This document shows positions 36,166 to 48,329 of a stretch of DNA of 64,000 bases, one piece after another. The position numbers and the translations under genes are program-made. Within the stretch, counting starts at the first letter, position 1; every line of letters starts with the position of its first letter. The stretch comes from Camelus dromedarius (lineage: Eukaryota), in NCBI RefSeq assembly GCF_036321535.1, contig NC_087437.1, positions 35,032,001 through 35,096,000 on the forward strand, written 5' to 3'. Below the pieces are notes generated by a model that did no database searches, was not told where the DNA came from, and was given only the letters and a program-made list of their open reading frames with translations.

Positions 36166-36530
36166 ACAATTAAATTAAGGAATGTTTTCTTTTTTTGAGA
36201 GTTTTCGTGTCTTCTAAGGATAAATTTTATACACACACATGCAAACACACATATATATAGCTATAAAAATTCTTCAAGGAATATTCTTGCAACCACTTGA
36301 CCTAAAGGTAAATTTGAAATGTTAATCTAATAAATCCTATGAATTAAACCTACGTATCTTTCCTGAAATAGTATAATTTATGGCTTTAAGTATAACTTTT
36401 ATTGTTGATGTCCTCAAAGCTATTATGGAAAAAGTCTTTAAGTTCAGTGTTAAAGGATCATCTTTTAAGGAAAGTGTTTGTTATTAAATAGAAAGGAAAG
36501 AATGAAGGAGTGTGATGTTTTCTTTATCAG

Positions 36531-36659
36531 GTGATGAATGGTGCTATCCTTCAGCAAGTGTTTGTGGTGGATTATGTTGTTCAACCCCAAATGTGTGGAG
36601 ACTGCCATAGAGTAGAAGCTAAGGATTTCTGGAAGGCTGTGGTTCAAGTGAGGCAAAAG
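36531..36659 (+). CDS. NMD3: NMD3 exon 6: VMNGAILQQVFVVDYVVQPQMCGDCHRVEAKDFWKAVVQVRQK
   Basis: atcag| acceptor, AAG|GTAATA donor, 129 nt. Confidence 0.97.
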
Positions 36660-36935
36660 GTAATAAGAGGAAGATCATGCGTGAATCTTTCATGTTGTAT
36701 TTTATCTTTGTCAGTTACAAATAGAGAGTAAAACTTCCTCCTTTCTCTTCTATCCAAATCCTTCAGGCACCAGGGATATTCCAGGTCCCTGGGGCATTCA
36801 CCTTTAGAAACATATCACTACTGTACTTTAGATAATCTTTAAAGATTGTTTTTGTTTTAAAAATCAATGTGCTATATCTATAGATGGCTTTTTTTTTCAT
36901 TTTGTTTATTAATCTAATAATACATTTATGTTTAG

Positions 36936-37026
36936 ACTTTGCACAAAAAAACTTTCTACTACCTGGAACAGTTGATTTTGAAATATGGGATGCACCAGAA
37001 TACACTTCGTATCAAAGAGATTCATG
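36936..37026 (+). CDS. NMD3: NMD3 exon 7: TLHKKTFYYLEQLILKYGMHQNTLRIKEIH(D)
   Basis: tttag| acceptor, G|GTGAGT donor, 91 nt. Confidence 0.97.
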
Positions 37027-39609
37027 GTGAGTTAAAATTTAAAAGCATTTGAAACAATGTCAGAGTTTTATTTCAACTATCCCAAGGAGTCTTTTATCTT
37101 TGCTGATAATATCTGGAATAGTACTGTCCAAAAAGAACTTTCTGTTAGGAAGAAAAAAATCTTAGTACTTTAGCTGCAACCAGTATGGGAGCCACTAGCC
37201 ATATATGGCTTTTGGATATTTTGAAATGTGGTTGGTGCAACTGAGGAACTAAATTTTAATTTTTTTCTATTTTAATTTAAATTTCTACTAAATAGCTACC
37301 AGATGAGTAAACCAGTAACTAAATTAATAGGATTTAAAGTGGTATGATAGAAATTCATCGAAAACTTATTTTATGCAGAGATCAGTTTCTGATTGGAAGA
37401 AAATTATTTTTGAGATCTGTAAGTTGTAATATTTTTATTTTTCATGTACCTATAGGCATTTGTAATGGATACCTTAAATCAGAAGGCTAAACTCAGTAAT
37501 AATAAATAGTGATATACAAATAATATAGATTCCTTGAAGCTAGAATTTAAAACTTTTTGTGTAATTTCATAATGGCTTAGCACTTTCTGTTGTAGGATAC
37601 TTATATATACTAGTTGATGGATGAGTATTTCTTCAATTAATCATAGAAAATACAAATATTCTTTAGCAAACTCTTAAGTCTCTTGATAAAAGTTAATATT
37701 TTTAGTTGCTGGACATGTACATTATTTTCCTAGTCTCTAAAGTACAGGTTTAGAGATGGTTATTCTTGAAGAAATGATCAGATTCTTGTACTACTTATTT
37801 TAAAAGTGTGAGTTCCTCTGTTACTTGCTAATCTGTTACTCATTATCTCATGTGTCTTGAGAAAAGTACTTAGAAATGTGGTGTTGGGTCCTTAAACAGG
37901 GAAAACTGAGTATTAGTGTGTCATCTGGAGAAAATCTTTTAAGCTTTCTATCTGACTTGAGTGCATTACCTGTAGACAGAAAGTTAACAGTCTAAATTGG
38001 TGAGATAGAGTTTACTGAATTCTTATTGTGGGTAAGATATTTTGCTGCCTGCTTAACATGGTGTCTGTCTATTTGTGGCTAGCCATCAGGCAGAAATTTT
38101 TACCTTTGTTCTGAGTAACAATGTGTTGATTAACTCTTGGGGATTAGGAGAGACTAATATTCTAGCAAAGGAAGCAGAAAAAAACCCCTGAGCTTTATTC
38201 ATTACCATGCTGAAATATCCTCACACAGAATTTTTTGTAGCAAAAGACTTGGATAAAGCATTTTAGGACATGCTTTTGCAGTCACTTTCAGAGCCAAAAA
38301 ACTTTTTTTCATCCAGAGGAATTAATCTGCTTTTTTCCCCCTACTTGTTCTTGGTATGATGTAAATGAATCTTTTGTTTGCTTGTTTGTAACTTTGATTT
38401 TAAAATCATAATCATAGTGAAAATTAAAATAGAAGTATATGTAAATAAAGGAACTCTGTCCATCTATCCACTTGTTATTCCCAGATGTAGCCCTTTAAAA
38501 CAAGATAATACAGTATGTGCTCTTTATATATGAAATTTGATAATATTTGTTTCTCATGTATGAGACTTTTCTGTAATATTCTGTGACTTGCCATCTTAAA
38601 ATACTTGGGAACCTTCCTATATCATTGAAGATAATCCTATTTCATCATTTTTGACCACTGTGTGTATTTGTTAATCAATATTTTTTAATTATTTAGTTGT
38701 TTCCTATTAATTTGCTTATAAGATATTCTAGGTTTTTGCTGCAACAGACAGTATTGTAAGAAACATCCTTATGTTTGTGCATAGTTAGTGTTTTTTCTGT
38801 GGGACTGAGTTCAAGAATTGAAATTACTAGACAAGAGTATGTGAATGTTAGATTTTTATATGTGCTGCTAGAATGTCTTCCAAAATAGTGCCAGTTTACA
38901 GTGTCATCTCTTGTGAGAGTTTCCATTTTTCCGGACACTTTCCAGTGCTGCATATGATTTATTGGACTTACTAATTTTCCCGTGCTAATGAAGAAAATAA
39001 AGGAATCTTGTTTTTATTTGCATTTCCTTTATTATTAGCAAAGGTTAACATTTTCATGTGTTTTAGCCATTTGTTTATCTAATGTGAATTTTCTGTTCTT
39101 CATGTATCTATTTTTTCCTTATTTATTTTGTGTCTGTTATTCAGGATATTAATCTCATTATGTATGTGTATGTCTGTATAAAGAGGAGCATGTAGCTCAT
39201 GCTCCTGAGTGTGAACCTGAGAGAGCAGATACTTGTCTTACAATGTCTCATGTCTTTTATCATTTAAATTTTTCATTTTTTAATGATACATTTATGGCTT
39301 ATAATTTTGTCTTACATAGGAAAGTTTTTTATACTCCCAAGATTATTTTTTAAAAAGTAAATTTTTGTTTTACTTTTGGATCTTTAATCTTACCTTTTAA
39401 GACTTTTTCCCAGAAGGTTACCTTGCATTGTTGCAGTATCTACCTACCAACTAGTCTGTCTTCTCCTCACTAATCTGAAGTATCTCCTTTTCTGTATATA
39501 CTAAATTCCTTTATGCACATGGCTCAGTTCTAATTTATTGTATCTCACTGCTTCTATCACAGTATGTAAATTATAGTTTATAATATGTGCCCCTTTCTTT
39601 TACAAAATT

Positions 39610-39840
39610 TGATTGATAGTAAGAGCACGGATTCTTGAACGAGATTTTTTGAGTTTGAATCTCTGTCCCACCAGTTTTTTGCTTTGTGACCTAAGGCAAG
39701 TTTTTTAACTTCTTTCAGCCTCAGTTTCTCCATCAGTAAACTAGAGAGGATGATAACACCTACCTCATAGAATTATAGTGAGGGTTAAATAATTTTGTGT
39801 AAAGCCCTTAGAACCGTGCTTGGTGTGTAATCACGTGTAT
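39610..39840 (+). mobile_element. MIR SINE
   Basis: tgtgacctaaggcaagtt...agcctcagtttctccatcagtaaa core. Confidence 0.8.
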
Positions 39841-40809
39841 TTAGTTCTTTTCTATACTTAGTGACATACAGTTTTCCTCAAGATTTTGAATGTTTCTTGT
39901 TTTTTTTGGACTATTCTATACTTTTTGTTATTATGGATAGCAACTTTTTTCATTACATTTTTCTAAGTGATTATTGCTAATATTATGGAAAGCTCTTGAT
40001 TTTATATATTGATCTTTCTGAAATTTCTTAATATCAGTAATAGTTTATACATTATACTCATGTATCATTACATTATACATGATACTCTTGATTTACTAGG
40101 TAAATTATTATATGTACACAATAATATTATTTCTTCTTTTGCAGTATTTTTCCTCTTTTTTTTTTTCTCTTTGGCTAGGAGTGGAGAATAGCATTGAGTG
40201 GTAATGTATCAGGCATTATTATCTTTCTGTGTTTTACCCTTAAGTAGAGTATTTGTTGAGATTTCTGCTTGACATATGCATACATAGTTACATACATATT
40301 TAAACTGTTCTGTCCAATCTTGCTATCAGTTAATGTTTGATATTGAAAGAATTCGAAAGTTTTCCCCCTTCCTGCATAGTGTTTGTTAATTAACCTCTTG
40401 AAGTTGTGTAAGAACCTGCCCATTAAGCCATCCAGTTTGGTATGAGGAAAGGGAATAAAGGCTTTTCAACTGCTTTGTTAGAGCATTAGTTTCTTTCAGA
40501 TATTCTGCTGCTTCTTGAATCAATTTTAATAGCGTTTTCCGAGGAAATAAACCTTTTCATCTAGCTTTTTACACTCTTGGCATAAAATTGAACTATATAT
40601 ATCATGGTGTTAAGTCTCATTCGTAACTATCGCTATGTCTTTATTGTCGCTATTGTTGTCTTTTCTCCTCTCCCCTCAATTCCTCCCTTCCCTGTCATAT
40701 TTGCCAAAGTTGTCAATTATGTTAGTTTTTTCAGAGAGTTAGCTTTAATTTTATCAAAAGAGCCTTATTTTTCCTTTTTCTTAATTTTTGCTTTTATTAC
40801 TGATGTTTA

Positions 40810-43070
40810 AAATTTTTTTTTATTGAGATAGAATTGTAGAATTGACATGTAACATTGTATTAGTTTCAGGTGTACAGCATATTGATTGACTATTTGTGTA
40901 TATTGCTAAATGTTCACCCTATTGAATCTAGTTAACAAACATTACCACACAGTTTTACAGTATTTCCCCTTCTATTTAGTTTTTCTCAGTTTTCTTTTGT
41001 TTGAATTAATTGAGCTTAGTTTATTTTCAATTTCTGATATATAGACTTAAAGTTACAAATTTTCTTCTGTGTATTATATTGACTGTAGCTGGTACTTGTA
41101 GCTACCTTTTTCCTCTACCCATTGCATATTTCTTTTTTTTTCTGAGCAAGCATCTCATCTATTTTATTTTCTTGGGTTTGTGCCTCACTGTAAGAGTTGC
41201 TGAGTCATGTGGTAAACTTATCTTTTTAAGAAACTGCCAAACTCTTTCCTGAGTGGCTATACCATTTTATAGTCCCATCAGCAGTGTTTGAGGGTTCAAG
41301 TTTCTACATTTACTCACCAACCTTTGCTGTTGTTTCTTTTTTTGTAAATAGCCATTCTAGAGGATGGTGTGAAGTCGTATCTCATTTTGGGTTTTTTTTG
41401 TGTATGTATATATATATATATATTTATATTAAAGTATGATCAGTTTACAGTGTTATGTTAGTTTACATTGTGGTTTTAATTTGCATTTCTTTAATGACTA
41501 ATGATGTTAATTATCTTTTCATGAGCTTATTAGCCATTCCTGAATCGTTCTTGGTGAAATAGCTATTTAAATATTTTGCCCATTTTTTAATTGGGTCATT
41601 TGTCTTACTAAGTTGTAAGAGTTTTCTTAAAATATACTGTGGATACATGTCCCTTATCACATATGATTTGTAAATACTTTCTCTTAGTTTGTATTTTCAT
41701 TTTCTTTTCTTTTTAAAAAATTTTTATGAACAAATGTATTGTGGTATAATTTCTGTATGGTAAACTGCGCATTTTTCAGATGTATAATTTGTTGGATTTT
41801 GATACACGTATATATGAAACCACCACCACAATCAAGAATACCTAACATTTCCATCACTCCCCTATATTTTTATTTTTTAAATGGGGTCTTTTTAAAAAAA
41901 ATTGTGATAAGAACACTTAAGAGCTGCCCTCTTAAATTTTTAAGTGTATAATACATTATGGTTGTCTATAAGTACAATGTTGTACAGCAGATCTCTAGAA
42001 GTTAATCATCTTGCTTAATGCCCATTAATTAGTTGCTCCTCATTTCTCCCTCCTTTCTGGCAACCACCATTCCACTCTTTAATTTTATGAATTTGACTGT
42101 TTTAGGTATATCATATAAGTGGAATCATACAGTATTTGTCTTTCTGTGACTGGCTTATTTCACTTATCATAATGTACTCAAGATTCATCCATGACGTTGC
42201 ACATCGCAGAATTTCCTCCCTTTTTAAGGCTGAATAACATTCCATTGTTTGTATATATCACATTTTATCCATTCAGCTGTTGTGGAAACAACCTAAATGT
42301 CCATCATTTTGGCTATTGTGAATAGTACTGCAATAAACATGGGAGATACTGATTTCAGTTCTTTTGGGTGAATGCCTGGAAGTGAGATCATGTGGTAGTT
42401 CTATTTTTAATTTTTTTGAAGAACATCTGTACTAGTTTCCATAGTTGCAGCACTATTTAATATTCTCTCCTGTAGTGTACTGAGTTGTTTGGAAGAATAT
42501 CTCTACAAACATTACTCAGCAAGTAGTTTGCTTGTGGTTACCCATTTGCTGCTGATTTTTAATGCTACTGCATTGTGATCAGATAACACTGTATTAATTT
42601 CTACCTTTTGGAATTTATTGAAGTTCTTTTTTTAATCTTAGTATATGATTATTTTATGAATTTTTGAAAATAATATATGTTCTTTCTTGGGACCACGTTT
42701 TGTCATTTCGATTAAATCAGCCTTGATACAGTTCGTTATTCAGGTTCTATGCATCCTTCCTATTTTTGGTCAGTTTGGTAATTTTGGTTTTGATGTTCTT
42801 ACACAAGTCTCCCACAGTGATTGTGCATGTGTTAGCATTTGTTAATTTCCTCTTTTCTTTTTAATAGTTTTTGTTTTCTGCATCTCAGTGCTATGTTATT
42901 AAATGCATTCCTATTGTCTTCTTAGTAGATTGTTCCACTTTAAATAGAAATTATCCTTTGTTCTGTTTAATGTTTTTCTCTTCCCTTTTGACTTTGAATT
43001 TTATTTTGTCTGGAATTTAAATTGTGAATCTTGTTTCTTTTCCTTATCATTTGTCTGATTTATCTATCCT
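40810..43070 (-). mobile_element. Cluster of nested L1 fragments in NMD3 intron 7
   Basis: Multiple T-rich L1 3' UTR/ORF2 pieces (ggctattgtgaatagtactgcaataaacat, tttgcatttctttaatgactaatgatgtt). Confidence 0.7.
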
Positions 43071-43236
43071 TTTGTCAGACAAGTTTTAAGTGATATGATA
43101 TCCCTAATTGCTATGGCTAGAATATTATAATTTAACTGTATAATACACATTTAAATCGTGATATAGTCATCTTAGTAGAGGAAAATCTTACTTTGCAGAA
43201 TTATTTTAATATAGCTTTTTTTTTTTTTTTTTAAAG

Positions 43237-43315
43237 ATGGTCTGGATTTCTATTATTCCTCAAAACAACATGCTCAGAAGATGGTAGAATTTCTCCAGTG
43301 TACGGTTCCCACTAG
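43237..43315 (+). CDS. NMD3: NMD3 exon 8: GLDFYYSSKQHAQKMVEFLQCTVPT(R)
   Basis: poly-T tract then aaag| acceptor, AG|GTATGT donor, 79 nt. Confidence 0.96.
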
Positions 43316-43997
43316 GTATGTTCTGAAACTTCATGTGATTAAATCCAGGGAGCTCAGAGTGAATTTAGGTCACATCCATTCTCCAGGCTTAAGCAACTTA
43401 TCTCAAGATATTTAAAATTATACTAAGAATACTTACACAGTTAGAAGCATTTATTGGATTAGCCACTTTAAGGGAAGCATTAGCCAAACAGCATTAAGAA
43501 TCTCTTTGGGAAGCTAGACTGTGATAGTAAGCCCTGTAGTTCTGAACCGCTGATTGAACATATTTAAATAAGAGAAAAGAAAAATGGGGGTAGAGGACTA
43601 TGGGAAGAAACTTCATGGAGGGTGAAGGACTTAAGATCTTAAAATGGGAAATTTTCAAAAGTAGAGTTTATATTGGAACATGAGATTAGTGTAAATGAAG
43701 ACGGGGTGGGCATTAGTGTTGCTTTTAATGGATGCTATATATGGACTAGATTGATCTAAGCCAAGGGAGTGTTTTGTAGGTTTTTAGTAGATAAAGTTGA
43801 AAATCGGTAGGGTGCAGTAGATTGGTGAGGGTTTTTAAATGAAATAGATAAAATTAGCTTTATCATACATAGCAGGCATCAGGAAGCTATTTCAGACCTC
43901 AGGCAGTGATGATTTGATTTAATGAAAGTTTATATTCCCGAGACTACACAAGTAAGGACCTTTGTCTTTTATTATGGCTAACTTTTTCTCTTAACAG

Positions 43998-44094
43998 ATA
44001 CAAAGCTTCACAGAGACTCATCTCTCAGGATATCCACAGTAACACATACAATTACAAAAGCACTTTTTCTGTGGAAATTGTTCCAATATGCAAG
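43998..44094 (+). CDS. NMD3: NMD3 exon 9: YKASQRLISQDIHSNTYNYKSTFSVEIVPICK
   Basis: aacag| acceptor, AAG|GTAATT donor, 97 nt. Confidence 0.97.
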
Positions 44095-44789
44095 GTAATT
44101 TTTCTCATTTAATTAAACCATGTCTTTCTTATGAAAGAGTAGAAGTAAAATTAATTGGTTTATATGTAATTATTAGCTCCTGATTTCCTTCTGGGATTGG
44201 TTAAGCATTTATAGTAACCTCTTTCTTAAATGATTTCTGACACATTTTTAGGCATGTTAAAAAGATGTTTGAAAGTAACCATGCTTAAAATTATAAATTT
44301 TTGGTGTACAGTTCTTTAACTATAAATATAACTTGTAATTATGAATCTTTGGTGTGCAATTCTTTACCATGTACATTCCTTAAAATTTGTGATCCTAGTG
44401 GACACATACAGTTCTATGAAACTGTGAATACAGGAAATGACTTTAAGATAAATATCTTTTAACACTTTGTGGAATGTGTTCAAACTGGATTTTGGCTTAA
44501 TAAAATTAAAGAGTATTGTGAAAATGAGATCATAGAATAATTTTTGTGATTTTAAAAATATAATCTGAGTAACACTTAAAATGTAGATTGTCATTTCATT
44601 AATTTTACTCAGGTAAAAACCCTGCTTCAAAAAATAGAAATGAATTATAATACAATGAATAGTTATTGAGGATCTATTGTACAGAAGGCTGTTTGTTAAG
44701 GATTATATACTAGAGGTCTCTGCCAAGTAGAAATGTGTCCGTATTTAAATCATTAGTAATGATAAATGCCATAATTTGAAGTGAGTATT

Positions 44790-44990
44790 CTACATAAAGT
44801 TTTTAGCTGAGTACTTAAGTATATTTCACCTCTTCATGTCTCACAACAACTGGTGTATCATCATATCATCATTTTGAAGATGAGGAAATTGAAGCTTGAG
44901 GAGGTTAGATGACTTGCCCAAAGTTACGTAACTACAGAATGATGAAACCAGGATTTGTGTCTAGGTTTGTGACTCTAAGGCTTTAAAGCT
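44790..44990 (-). mobile_element. MIR SINE
   Basis: gatgaggaaattgaagcttgaggaggttagatgacttgcccaaagttac. Confidence 0.8.
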
Positions 44991-45040
44991 GTCATCACTA
45001 ATCTATGGTGTAGTACAGTATCAGGGATGAAATGATGGCA

Positions 45041-45252
45041 TAGAACAGTCAGCAGATTTTTTTCTGGAAAGGACCAGAGAGTAAGTATTTTCAGCTTTTA
45101 AACTATGGAGTCTGTTTTGCAATCACTCAGCTGTGCTGCTGTTGCACAAAAGTAACCATTGATAATAGATAAATGAAGGGTTGAGGCTGTGTTCCAGCAA
45201 AACTTTATTTACGAAAATTTGGCCTAAGGGTCTTATTTTGCAGACCTCTGGT
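45041..45252. mobile_element. MER58A-like hAT MITE (second copy at about 61780-61978, inside an MLT1 LTR at about 61715-62330)
   Basis: ggaccagagagtaagtattttcagcttt...aaaactttatttac...ttttgcagacctctg. Confidence 0.7.
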
Positions 45253-46095
45253 TTAAAACAAGGAACATTTTCCTGGTACAAAACCGGGGAAATAAGAATT
45301 CAGGTGTAAGGGCATATTTAGGCCTTGTGTATTAATTCCTTTGAGTAATTCATACAGGTATCTGAATGAATACATAATATAAAGGAGTATTTTAATTAAT
45401 CTTTGGAGACTCTTTTTTATTAAGTTTAAACGAAAAAGTCTGGACTAGGCCATGAGGGATGCACAAGACTGTCCCTTCAGTGGGGGAGCCTATGATTGTG
45501 AATAGATACAACTTAAAATATATCTCAGGTCTTTTTCATGTTTTAATATCAGCTTAAAAACAGATAACCACATTGCTGGTAATCTCTCCTAATGCACACA
45601 TAGACATATGTGCTTTCTGCGGGACATTAAATCTTTGATTACATATTGGTACATATAGACAAGAAAGAGAAACATGTGGCTTCTCTGAAATTAATTTTTA
45701 TAGATATTGAACGAAGTCACAAATCAATTTAGCCAATCACGCTCCTGGTATTTATAATACTTTGTTTAGAATGTACACTGTATTAACATAGAGTGATAAG
45801 CAAGCATTCACCCTTCAGTAAAATTGAAATAAACTTAACAGCTTGGTGATTAGGATCTGGAATATATTTTTAAAAGCATTTTATTAAGACCTATATCCCC
45901 ATCTTAAGAAGGTATAACTTATTTTCTTTTTCTCTAGGGTCTGATTCTTTTTTTAGGCCCTTTGTTGTTATGGAGAATTAAAAATAACATTTTGATTTGG
46001 GCAAATGCACCTGGATCAGATTTGCATTGATGAGTGTTTATTGGAGACTGTTATTTAGGATTTCCTTCACATTAAATGTTAGCTCTTATGCCTAG

Positions 46096-46213
46096 GATAA
46101 TGTTGTTTGTCTGTCTTCGAAACTGGCACAAAGCCTGGGAAACATGAACCAGATTTGTGTGTGTATTCGAGTAACCAGCGTTATCCACCTCATAGATCCA
46201 AATACCCTACAAG
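46096..46213 (+). CDS. NMD3: NMD3 exon 10: DNVVCLSSKLAQSLGNMNQICVCIRVTSVIHLIDPNTLQ(V)
   Basis: cctag| acceptor, G|GTAAGT donor, 118 nt. Confidence 0.97.
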
Positions 46214-47238
46214 GTAAGTTTTGGGAACTATTTGCCTTGACAGTTCAGTGCAACGAGCAGTAATAACTTGTAGTTGTTGGTAATTTTATCAAGCATTCTC
46301 AGTAATAACCATTTTGAAAAACTACTGTGCAGTGTTTAAAAGCACTGGACTTTTTAAAGCTTTTGATAAGTTACCCTTGTATATTTTATTTGGAGAAAGA
46401 TTTCTGAGAACTTTTAAAATTTTATTAATTTTATTCTATTTATTTTTACTGAAATTGACTTACTTATTTACCTCATTTAATTTTTATGACTATTTAAGTT
46501 CATTGCCAAATTTTAGTGTATAGCAAGTGTTTTAAAGTTTGGAACTTTACACACTTTGTAATCTGGTAGAATATTTATTTTAAATATGAATTTTAACTAA
46601 TTTCATCATTTTTATACCTAATTTTTAACATTCTCTTTATAAAAAAAACTATTTTTAGAAGAGACCCCCATGTTGATAGCTGTCTTATTAGTATTTGGTT
46701 GTATCTCCTACTTGATCTTTTTCACATGTTTCCTGTAATATGAATTTTCTGCTATAAAACATTGAATTTATTTTGATATTTTGTTGAAAGTCATTCATAA
46801 TCCATGTCAATTAGAATTATTCATCAAAGATCTGTTTGCAACATTGTGATGAACATCTGTCAGGTAGAAGAACTTTATTTCCCATAAACTAAGCACCTAA
46901 GATGATTGATAATGTATCTGAAATAAAACACCAGCACATGAAACAACTGTACAACTGATTGGATCTGACCTTATTTTAAAGGCACTTACATTGTGGTGTT
47001 CAGATCATAGTAACTACTTACGATATGTTTGACAACTGGTATTTCTCTTGTGCTCTGAGAATTTGGGGCTGATTTATAGGAATAAATGATATCCACTAGA
47101 GTGTGAGTGAACCACTGTGGTTCCTTTGACCTGATGCTTCCCAGTTTGTATATACCAACTACTTCCTAGTTAACACAGTTGATGTCTTTTGAAATATTTA
47201 AGTTCTTTTGTTCCATAACGTTCTATGCTTATTCTTAG

Positions 47239-47384
47239 TTGCAGATATTGATGGGAACACTTTTTGGAGTCATCCTTTTAATAGTTTATGCCATCCCAGA
47301 CAGCTAGAGGAGTTTATTGTTATGGATTGCAGCATAGTACGAGATCTAAAACGCAGTGCAGGTGCTGGAATGATATCCAAAAAG
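47239..47384 (+). CDS. NMD3: NMD3 exon 11: ADIDGNTFWSHPFNSLCHPRQLEEFIVMDCSIVRDLKRSAGAGMISKK
   Basis: cttag| acceptor, AAG|GTAATT donor, 146 nt. Confidence 0.96.
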
Positions 47385-48329
47385 GTAATTTACATCCTGC
47401 TCACTTCCTCCTAACCCCCGACTTACTCTTCTAGTCTCTCTCTCTCTCTTTTGTATCTTTGGTTTTTTTGTTGTTGTTGTTCGTCATTCCAGAATGTTCC
47501 AGATAAAGCTAACACCACATTAGGTTAAAAAAATGTGTTTGTATGCCATTTGCTTTTAAAATGTGGTCATTGTGGTAAAAACTATCAGATTTATACTATC
47601 TGATATGTTAAATGTTTTCTCTTTCATATAGGAAATATTATTATGAAAAAACATTTCTTTTACTTTTGTACAGAAGGACCACATGACAAGCTAACCTTTT
47701 TTTACTTCTAAAAAATTTCAAACATTTTGAATTAAATATATATTATCACTAAACACTGAATATTTCAATATGCATCTCTAAAACATAGGTATATTTTCTA
47801 CATAATCAAAGTATTATCATACATATAAACTATATAGTTTGTTGAATTTCCTTACTTGTCCCAAAGTGCCTTTTATGGTTTATTCAAACCAGTATTTAGT
47901 TAGGGACTATTCATTGAATGTGAATGTTGTACTTCTTAAATATTTATGATACTAACTTCCTAAAGCAATTAGGGCCTTTATCTTGTGGCTTTATCTTATT
48001 GTTTCCTCATGATATCATTTAACTTACTTCTGAATCTTTTGTATTTTCATTAAGCTGGAAAGTGGATCTAAAGTCTTGCTTGAATTTAGGTTAATTTAGG
48101 CAGAACATTTCAGAGGTGATGCTGTGTACTTTTTGTGATATATCAAGAGGCAAGCAGTGGTTGGCTGTTTGACTTATAGCCAGATGTCTCCATTGTAAAT
48201 TATGATTTTTTTCCCCCTTTGTTACTAGCCTGCCTGCCTGCCTTTTTCCTTCCTTCCTTCCACTCAGATTGCCTGAAATGCAGCCAGTAGGAGCCCCTTC
48301 AGAATAGTTTCTATGCCCTTTAAAAAAAT

